A stretch of 64,000 nt of DNA from Phoronis australis (lineage: Eukaryota > Animalia > Phoronida). The translations under genes and the position numbers were made by a program. Under the pieces are notes generated by a model. The model did not search any database. It saw nothing but the letters and a program-made list of their open reading frames with translations, and was not told where the DNA came from. Below are positions 54,990 to 64,000 of the stretch, piece after piece. The first letter of the stretch is position 1. The number at the start of each line of letters is the position of its first letter. The stretch spans positions 372,010-436,009 of the forward strand of contig NMRA01000067.1 of NCBI GenBank assembly GCA_002633005.1. Direction: 5' to 3'.

Positions 54990-55960
54990 ATTTGTTCTGA
55001 CTCGTGATGTCTGTTGTGATCCATGATGTCTATTTTGACCCATTATATCTGTTGTGACCAATTATGTCCATTTCGACCCGCCATTTCCATTTTGACGCGC
55101 TGTGTCCGTTTGACCTATTATGTCCAGTGTTGCTTTTCAGGTCAACATTTGCCCTTTAAATAAGCCAATTTACATTAATTAATGTAGCATTTTCTTGGCT
55201 ATCATTAAGGTTAATTAGACTAGTCATATATTCTGATTTGACCAATTACATGTATGTTGAAATGAATATAATGAGTCGCGGAGTTTATTTTGACCCATAT
55301 TATGTCTATTTTTGAGTATCACGTCCATTTTCGACTTTAAAATCGATTGTACCTCTTTAAGACCGTTTTGATTCATTAGTTTAGTGTTAAAATAATTTAT
55401 ATTACACCACGATGGATAACAAGTTAAAACCACTTTTAATTCTGTTTTGATCAATTATACTGACACCACAAATGATGAAAACGGAATTAATTACCGTTCT
55501 AATCCACCTTTGTGCAATATAAATTATTTTAACAGTAATCTAATGGAACAAACTGACTTAAATGATTTAAAACGCGAAAATGGACGTAACGTAGTAAGTC
55601 AAAATGGACACAATGGGTCAGAGACCCCCTTGTATCCATTTCAGCATCATTCATAAAGAATAATGGACGTTCTAATATATGTTTGTGAACTACGAATTAT
55701 TCTAACGATAAACTAAATTAAATGCATCAAATGCGACTTAGTGGAAGTTGATTTAAGGCAACATGAATACATGAAGTGTAAATGGAGATATTGTGCCAAA
55801 TTGGCACAATGGGCCAAAATAGACACAATACTGAGGTCAAAATTAACACAATGATGCTGGTCAAAATAGACATAGTGAGCCGAAATGGACATAGTGTTCC
55901 AGAATGGACATAATGGTCAAAATGGACAAAATGGGTCTATATGGACACAATGGGTCAAGG
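54990..55960. repeat. Degenerate ~1-kb foldback palindrome centred near 55460
   Basis: Left repeats tgtc(t/c)attttgacccatt mirror right aatgggtcaaaatggaca; tgttaaaataatttatatt mirrors aatataaattattttaaca. The opposite-strand ORFs 55224-55454 and 55447-55656 share CNINYFN and FQH. Confidence 0.75.
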
Positions 55961-56038
55961 CCTCCGCCCCATTATGTCCATTCAAGCATATCACTGGCAA
56001 AGCGGAGTTAACGGCTGAATTATTTTGGCTCTAAACTT

Positions 56039-56488
56039 CAAGGTACCTAAACTACACGGATAACGGACACATAAACACGGTCACGGACGCATGAACACGG
56101 ATCACGGACCTACAAACACCGTCCACTGACTCACAAACACGGGAACGGACTCACAAAACACGATCCATTCACCCAAATACACGGGACACGGACTCACATT
56201 CACGAAGAAACACGGTTAACGGACCGCCAAACACGGTTTACGGACATAATGTAGATGTCGGCTGACCCAGGAAGCCGATGAGTCCGTGACCCGTGTTTGG
56301 CGGTCCGTTAACCGTGTTTCCTCGTGAATATGAGTTCGTGTACCGTGTATTTGGGTGAATGTATCGTGTTTTGTGAGCCCGTTCCCGTGTTTGTGAGTCA
56401 GTGGACGGTGTTTGCAGGTCCGTGAGTCGTATTCATGCGTCCGTGACCGTGTTTATGAGTCCGTTAACCGTGTAGTTTAGGTACCTTG
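56039..56488. mobile_element. 450-bp foldback element with ~205-bp inverted arms built of ~20-bp subrepeats; perfect 5-bp TSD
   Basis: aactt|caaggtacctaaactacacgg ... ccgtgtagtttaggtaccttg|aactt. Arm unit ~aaacacggtcacggactcac; ~30-nt spacer with an inner tcggct/agccga stem. Confidence 0.9.
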
Positions 56489-57410
56489 AACTTGGGGATC
56501 GAAACCGACTTAGTTAATGAATGAAAATTAATGTAATGGCAAAATGAATCTAAGAAGTAAAGATTGTGGTAATGGGTAAGAACAGATATTAGTATGTCTA
56601 AGTGCACGTTTTGCAGATGACGGCTTAGAGCTCTTAAAGCACGAGCGGTTGGATTTACAGACCTTTTTATTTTTCTTAAAAAGGGCCATAATGACTACAA
56701 AGGCAAACCGTCTAGAACAAGTGTTGAACATCAGGGCGATCCCAACGTAACGAAAAATGATTGCTACAAGAAGTTACATAAAGTCGCACGAATGTACGAG
56801 GATAATGGACAAATGAAATGGGTGATCAGCAACGATGATATCAGATCTGTTCTCGGAATAACCGAAGGGTAGGTACTGCCTTTTCACACTTTCTTAAAAC
56901 TGTGTTTACCCTGGTTATAGCAGGCTGAAAAAGGCCTTTTACTTTCTCATAAAATCGATCTCGTAATGTTCTTTACCGTGACAGGATTTCATTTCCGTTA
57001 TCAACTTAAATCATAGGTAATGCATACATGCGGCATTTTAGAATTCGCAGTTTTAGGGTTAGGCCAACCCCAACAAAGTCTCATGTCACATGTAGTTCCC
57101 ATGTTCTTGTTGGCGACGGAAATACAATCATATTGTGGTAAGGAATTAGATCGAGATAATTCTTGTAAAAGGTCTTGTTCAATTTTCGTTTTTGACCAAG
57201 TAAATACGCAGAAATGCTACTTAAAGACATTTTCAAACTTTGCGTACCTCAAAGCAAGTTGCCTGTCACAGTTCTTATTCCTTAAGATGAGCTGTGAGAC
57301 AACGACATGTACTCTCTAAAATACCCAAACGTACGATTGCTGTGCGTTTTGCTACGTTTCTTTTCACGGCATTCACCACAAAGTTAGCACACCTGAAAAT
57401 ATGAGCATTG

Positions 57411-57488
57411 GCACAATTCTCATTCCGTGACCTGAATGGTGAGATTACTTAGCACAGTTCTCATTCCGTGACCTGAATGGTGAGATTA
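57411..57488 (+). repeat. 41-bp tandem duplication
   Basis: gcaca(a/g)ttctcattccgtgacctgaatggtgagatta x2. Confidence 0.9.
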
Positions 57489-58337
57489 AGTTTCGAATGA
57501 TGGGAAAGCATGCTTTGCAAACTTCTGTTTGATGCATGAAGCAGTTACCTATATAAATTTGCAATCGATTCCAATCGAATGTATTGTTATTCCTTCTTAT
57601 TGGCACAGAAAGGCTCCGTCAGAGATCAAAGACGTAAAACTCACACAGCATAAGGTAATATCTGTTTAGTTATTTATACAATGTAGTCTGTCCGGTCGAA
57701 ATTCGAACGTTGTTCTCTGGGGCAAATAACTTACTACGTCATATAAAGACCCATGCAGTTGCATTTCGCCAGAAGTCAAATTCAAAAATTGAAATAATAC
57801 AACTTTTGCGGTGGAGTAGCCGGTCACAGAAATAGTTGTGGAACTCTAATTGGTACCTGGAAAAAATTGCCCTGTAAACTTTCGATTGCAAGTGTCTTAT
57901 TAGAAGCCTTGAAAATAGCCCACTCTCAATTCTCTTCACAAAATGGGGCTAAGACCTTGTTTTTCTTCCGTGGCAACGGATTAACTTGTAATCAGAGTGA
58001 CTAGAGTAAAAACTAAAAGATTTCGTGTCTAAATAAATCCGCAATTTTCACGCCTTGCGGACAGCAAAAAATCACGACTAAGAGCTGATTTTTGCCATTT
58101 ACTCGCCGTTTTAGGTTTCCATTATGAGGTACAATGCAAAAATCGGTTTGTTTAATAGTCCTGGTCCTCTTTCTCTGGAGCAAACAACGGAAAAAATGAC
58201 AAATTTCAGCTGAAAAAGCAAAGTTGTCGAGTACAGTTTCTGACAGAGTTACGCGACGTACGGTATGGCTTCGTATTCTGAAAGGTTGATGGAGATCCCT
58301 GAATTGCAGTTATTCCTTACAATCACCTGGGTAACTG

Positions 58338-58500
58338 CAGTGGCGGATCTAGGATATCACAAGAGGAGGGGCCCAACATTTTGTCCGGCTGTAAGCATTT
58401 GCGCAAACTGAACCACGATTGTAGATGCGCATAGCACCGAAGTCAGTGGGGGGAGGTCGGGAGGGGGGTTTGCCCCCCTTCCTGCCCAAGAAATTTTTCT
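58338..58500 (+). mobile_element. Truncated MITE of the cagtggcggatc family (left end only)
   Basis: cagtggcggatctagga followed by the G-rich internal segment; no matching right TIR seen. Confidence 0.5.
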
Positions 58501-58600
58501 GTTTTTACCTCTAAAAATCGAGAATTTTCCTTGATTCCTGAAGACAAAAGAGGCAAAAAAGAAAAAAAAGGAGAATGTATCGAACAGAAAAAACTACAAG

Positions 58601-58666
58601 AACCTAAGACTCGAACTCACGACCTGGCGGATAGAGCGCGCGTGTGCGTTACCACTACACCACCAC
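58601..58666 (-). mobile_element. Degenerate tRNA-like / SINE head with Pol III A and B boxes
   Basis: Reverse complement gtggtggtgtagtggtaacgc...gtgagttcgagtct: A-box-like tggtgtagtgg and B-box gttcgagtc. No intact cloverleaf. Confidence 0.45.
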
Positions 58667-59042
58667 AACTTAACTACTAATCTCATTCTAATATAAGAGA
58701 CCTACTTATTTATGGTCCACAGCGTTTGCGCGCGAAACCTACTTCTTTTTGTAATGCTTATTACACGTTTTATATTTTGTGCCATCAATTCTTAACAAAT
58801 TTGTCGTATTTAAAATAGTCTTCAAATGCTCAAAAGACCAAATCCGTTTTTCGTGTTGGAAATAATGACGGGATTGCTTTGGAAATCGGAAGGTTTGACA
58901 AAGAGAGTATTGCAAGTTTCTGAGTGATTCACTAAGGCTTCGATTAAAATTCACATCTTACCAGCAGCTTCTGTTTTTTCATCGTCACTCAGGTTCCATT
59001 TTCTTTAAAAAATGAAGTNACTACGTACTCACGTCGGAAGCC

Positions 59043-59343
59043 CATAGGCGGATTTAGGAATGCTGCCCCCCCTTGGCTGCCGAAAGCATAATATAACAGC
59101 AACCGCAGCGTGAAGCGTGAGCAGGGAAGAAAGGTAGCGGATGAGGGGGGGGGGCTCAAAACCCAAGATCCGGCGGAATCGTGTTCCCGTTTTTTTTAGT
59201 CCACCGATAGATTTTCCGGGCAGGAGGTCCACATGCCCGGCCCCCGCAACTTTCAGGCCGTCTGTGCACATACACTAGCGCTTTGCCAATTCCCCGAGGC
59301 AACATGTTGCCCCCCTCTCAGTGGTATCCTAGTTCCGCCAATG
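59043..59343. mobile_element. 301-bp MITE (ggcggatttagga TIR)
   Basis: cataggcggatttagga ... tcctagttccgccaatg; flanks aagcc/aagtc. Confidence 0.65.
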
Positions 59344-59349
59344 AAGTCA

Positions 59350-60165
59350 CATACAGATGGGACGGAAGTCACGCCACTACGTCAAGTGACGCGCGTGATT
59401 ACTTTCTGCTTGACCTTTGATCGGGGTCAGACGATGACTCGCTGGTTCCTTGCCTGCCGCTAGGTGGGGCGGTAGCCGCGCCAGCACGCACGAGGTATCA
59501 CTTAATTTTCCTCGGGAAACTTTTTTACACCGGCGTTTCTGATTGGCTAGTCGAATTCTCAACAGGCAGAGCTTTACGCAAACAAACTGGCATGACTGAT
59601 GGACTGAAGTGTAATGTGGTCTGTTGTACAAACAAATCGGTGCTTAAAATTTATGTTCAGGAAATGCGAGGCCTAGAAATTGTGATTGCGCCTTTCCGTA
59701 ATGCATCTTTCTACTGTCGATGACTTTTGTTTACAATAGTGTCCTGTATTCATATACAGTAGGCTATGAATAACACACCGGTTAAATCGGCCACTGTGTT
59801 TCTTGTACATGTTTGTGCTTCAAGCACGCGGCTCAATTAAACATCGATACTGCAGAAACGATCGAGTAGTTGCTGCGACGCCACACTTACATGACAAGGC
59901 TAAAAATCGTTCACAGTCCGCCAGTTTTTCACGGTGTTGTAAAGCTCAGTAGCCAATGATGCCGAGGTTACATCGACCAATCTAAAGCGCGTGCCACTGC
60001 GTGCCTGGTAGGCTACTGAAGCACTGACGCCGGAAACCAGCGCCGGAAAGACGATGACTGACCCCGATCGAAGGTCAAGCAGCAGCCAATCAGAACGATT
60101 GACACACGTGTCGCGTAGTGGCGAGATTGTGAACCTCGCCAGACTTCCAGCGCATCCATCATAGC
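59350..60165. mobile_element. ~800-bp degenerate foldback / non-autonomous DNA element
   Basis: Nested inverted matches: cgccactacg / cgtagtggcg; ctgcttgacctttgatcggggtcag / ctgaccccgatcgaaggtcaagcag; gagctttac..aaactggc / gccagttt..gtaaagctc. Confidence 0.7.
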
Positions 60166-60360
60166 GCTACGTTATGTAGCACTGTCGAATGTTTTTAACT
60201 GACATGGCTTCTCGTTGGAACGGTAATGAGACCGACGTCATAACATTAATATTCAGTCATTCCCATTCGTTGAAACTTGAAAAACCCCTTTCAGTTTACA
60301 GTTACCGAGTTTGGCGACCACCTTTGACTTGGATAGTTGGCATCCCCGGCTTATTAAAAC

Positions 60361-60435
60361 GGCATAGAGGCCTAGTGTTATAGGTTTCCGCATTCTTTAC
60401 TCGAAGTCGTGTGTTCGAGTCCCATTGGGTCATAC
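60361..60435 (+). mobile_element. Degenerate tRNA-derived SINE head
   Basis: A-box-like gaggcctagtgtta and B-box gttcgagtccc at tRNA-like spacing; no intact acceptor stem. Confidence 0.4.
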
Positions 60436-62309
60436 TGCTAAACCTATGACTCAGTTTCTAGCTCCTCAGCTCGGTTTTAACCATATGTTAATAAAGCATA
60501 AAAATGAATCCATGTGATCAGCAATCGGCGCACATACCCGGGCGGCGCGGCCTGCGCACTTCTGCTCACAGCTTGTATAAGACAGCCTGCAATTATTAAT
60601 TAAAAAATAAAAACGAACAGTGATCGAAGTGAACAAAATCAAGGCATGGCGTACGCTTTACTTTTGTGAAAAAAATGCTTTATCTCCTAACAGGTCAAAA
60701 TAATTAGCTTCCATTGACACAATTGGCGCGATTGACTAAAGGGGATACATGGGGCTTTAAGTGACATAAATCCTGCTTTTGTCCGGAATAGACGACAACT
60801 TAGAGCGTCAAACTGTACAAAAAATCTTTTTTGACCCTTCGACAAGGTTTACCGTCGCCAGTATAATTTATGTAAAGTCACCTATTTTAGATTAATCACA
60901 GTTATCGCAATTCTGATGTTTAGTGATGACGTATCTATCACTAATACGAAGCAATTTGAACCCACTATGAACAGGAAGACACAGGCACATCACTCTTTCA
61001 AAAATCGTGCAGGTCTTGGATTTTTTTCGACAAATTTGCACTTGAGTTTTTACAAAAATATTTGCTTGAATTAATCGGTGTGCCCTGACTATGTTTGCAC
61101 TACCTTTATGTTTCCGGAAATAGAGAAGAATTGCAGTTGCATGGTTAGGTAATACTAGTAAATCCTTAAATTTACAACGCTAGGCATTTCTGGTCGAGTT
61201 ATTACTGTTGTTCTTAATTTTGTCATTTCAATTTTATTTGACTGGGTTCAAAATGACGTCATATTAAACAAGCGAGCTACTGCTTGAATTCACTAATTGA
61301 TCAAACTCGTTTAGTGAATTTGAAGAACAGCTCTGCGCGAGTTCTACTTATTACGACAACGTTTTAGTTTGCAAGTAAGCGTGATGAAAATACAGTTTCT
61401 TTGTCATATACGCAGGGACACCGTCACACCGAGAAAGCCCATGGCAATGGCCATGGAAGAAAAAAATCAGGTAAAAACACGATTGACACATACTATTAAC
61501 TAATAGCTTTTACCATACATGTATATATTTAAATCACAAAATGCGCAGATACGCAAGAGCGTTCTCAAAAATTGACATAATACAAAATCAGTGTCTCATG
61601 GGCAAACAATTAAAGCTACACTGTAACTTAGGTGGACACTCCCAAGTGATCGTTGTGACACGGTAGTCGCCGAAAACCTGTAGGTATGTCCTTAAAAATC
61701 ACCCCAAACTTCTCTTTTTAAGTTGACCTTCAACTAGTCATCAATTTAGCTTGCCGTCATTCGGCAATACGCAGAGTTATCGTTCTTGCATCGATTCTTT
61801 CGTATGCTATAGCTGGCAATAAGACGACGCCGCATGTTTGACTTTCTTTGTTTATAATTTACAGACTGTGCGAGCCATAAAGATATCTCTTTGTCGGAAG
61901 TAGGTATTGTAAATTGTGGCTATTATCGGACCTGAAAAGATGACCAACTTCACCAAGTTAACTGTGCGCCTTCGTTGCCAAGGTTAACTTCTCCAAACGT
62001 CTTCATGGTCACGTGACGGCTTTTCGCAAAATTTGTGATTTTTGCTGTGACTTCCAGACAAATTAGATTTCTAAAAGCCACGTGTTACTACAAACAACTG
62101 GGGAATAATTTCAGAAGAACATTAAGCATGTCTAGATGTGTGATCTTGGAAGTTTAGACTTCAGTGTACCACAGTTCTATTCCGTACTTTACAGAATAAC
62201 GACTCTTGGGTACGAAGGAATGTAGTTATCTTGAATAATATCGTTTGATTTCACAGTTAAATTTTCAAGTCAAATTCGGATTCAGGCAACCGAAACGAAA
62301 CGGCTCACA

Positions 62310-62457
62310 ATTGGGCGGCGCAGCACTAAAAAAGTGGGGGCTAAAGCCCCTCAGCGCCCCTGTGGTGCATCGCCTATATACCTTGTGTTGCGTAGCACTG
62401 AAAAAAGTAGGGGGCTAAAGCCCCCTCCCCCCAGCCCCCTATGGTGCGCCGCCCATG
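62310..62457. mobile_element. 148-bp MITE with an internal dimer
   Basis: TIR tgggcggcgca ... tgcgccgccca; flanks tcaca/tcacg; internal direct repeat gcact(g)aaaaaagt(a)gggggctaaagcccc x2. Confidence 0.7.
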
Positions 62458-63275
62458 TCACGTACTCGAGTGAAAACGGTTGTCGGTTTTGCGGTTGCGG
62501 GACAGTATTTGTTTGTCACTGAACTGAGTTTACAAGTCCGTAAGCCGTGTTCATTAGTACGGAACTTTGTTCATATGTGCCAGAGCAGTGATGTCCTGGA
62601 AACCAGAGATGTTTTAGCATCAGTTGGTAAGAACTGTCCATTTTCGTCACAATCGAAAGCCGTCCAAAGCGCGTCTACTACAGCAACTTTTCGTTGTAAG
62701 ATAGTGGTTCCTTCCGATTCGAAATGCGCAAAATTTTCAATTTTGACGTCAGGCAAGTCAAAACCAGGACCTTCTACACGGTTTAACGGCACTAAACGCT
62801 ACATATCTCACATTTTGAAACTTTTTTGTTCCTGGAAAACTTAATATTTTAGCCATGTGAACATCAGCGACTGCAAGGACACTCCAGCTGCGACAACCTA
62901 TTGTTCATAAGGTGACGTCTATTTTCCAGATAGATGCCACATTACGTGTACGTCTTAGCCAAATGGGACTCACCGACTTTCGAGACGTGATTTTTTGTCC
63001 CAAATCAAAAAATGTCGAAATGGATAACGTTTATTACGTAAGTATGACCAGGTACATCTAGGTATAATAGTGCCATCCGCAGTCCATTCTGACAAGTTCT
63101 CCAACAAGTAACCAGAGTGATAAAATTCTGATCATCGCATTTTGCCTCCTTCACTGACAGCAATAATTTTTCTCGCACAATTTGAATAAACTTGGTTGCA
63201 TTCAATTCATTTTCACATGTTATAAAGTTTTATTTATTGGTGCTTTACGGAAACGGAACAGAAAGGCAACGTATA

Positions 63276-63435
63276 TTAATGCCAGTAACAAACAACCGCT
63301 CCCTGACTCTTTAGCCTTCCCAACACGAAATGCAGCCATTTGACTCCGACGGGTACACGAGTGGAACGGTACAGTTCAACGCACGGGTCGTCATCCCGGC
63401 CAAGTGTCTGCGATTTGGGCCAGAGGAAGCTGACC
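63276..63435 (-). CDS. Probable last coding exon of a minus-strand gene extending beyond the window; weak C-type-lectin-like pattern
   Basis: Strong pyrimidine tract ctctcctctcctctccctcag| at 63436-63456. Open frame VSFLWPKSQTLGRDDDPCVELYRSTRVPVGVKWLHFVLGRLKSQGAVVCYWH*, with overlapping AATAAA signals ~40 nt after the stop (63229-63238). The frame and family are inferred. Confidence 0.45.
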
Positions 63436-64000
63436 CTGAGGGAGAGGAGAGGAGAGGCAGTGACACCGCAGGTATATGTATCTATCATATCATCTTCACG
63501 TCAACTGAGCTGCCGTGGCTTGACAACGTGCAAACTTGAGACGAGTTTCTTGATGAAACTGAACAAGTTGCAGTTGGAAATTCCGAATTGTCGGTATCAT
63601 ACAAAACACTATTCCATAATCAATGAGCTATCAAAATATTTTCAAAAGTCACACCGTTCAAAGCTATCTTGAGGTTTTCATCCTAATCAGTGAGTGATGA
63701 CTAATGCAGCCTGCTATCAATATTCCTTCAACCCTTATTCCACAAATTGTTTTCTAGACACAGTATAACCTTTGATACAACTCCACTTTAATTAAATTTG
63801 TTCCGGATGTACCGTATTCGTGCATCTTCAATTGTGCCCTAAAATTCAAACTACACAGGGGTCCTTATGATCGCTTTTTAATCAAGAGTTTCAAAGAAAC
63901 CCATTTCTAGACATTTGTGATTGCGTTTTCAGATATTCACCATTATAAAAGATCGCGTATCTTGTCCATAACAGAGAACGTCTCCCAAGAAACGGCGACT

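Noticed and set aside
55224-55656. Pair of divergent paralogous small ORFs sharing CNINYFN
   Set aside because: The similarity is explained by the two arms of a DNA palindrome.
58601-60435. Functional tRNA genes at 58601-58666 and 60361-60435
   Set aside because: A/B boxes are present but no complete cloverleaf forms; treated as SINE-like relics.

Overview
This is eukaryotic, intron-rich, AT-rich DNA, probably from an invertebrate animal; that taxon is inferred from gene content and repeat style. Most ORFs in the supplied track are spurious, so genes were rebuilt by hand from splice sites and reading phases. (1) The last two exons of TRDMT1/DNMT2 (+, 81-971). (2) A convergent single-LIM muscle LIM/CSRP-family gene (-, ~3.3-6.5 kb) with two tandem, ATG-bearing duplicate first coding exons and up to three alternative C-terminal ends. 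(3) A class C GPCR with GABA-B-like 7TM and coiled coil but no Venus flytrap domain, most like GPR156 (-, 19207 to ~26810). (4) A secreted five-exon serine beta-lactamase-like hydrolase with SxxK/YxN/HxG motifs and a GC-AG intron (-, 42860-53061). (5) A probable terminal exon of another minus-strand gene near 63.3-63.4 kb. Non-coding DNA contains many short CA...TG-ended inverted-repeat elements with 5-bp target-site duplications, three long foldback palindromes at 55-60 kb, minisatellites and tRNA-like SINE heads. No database searches were run; homology calls come from motif recognition.
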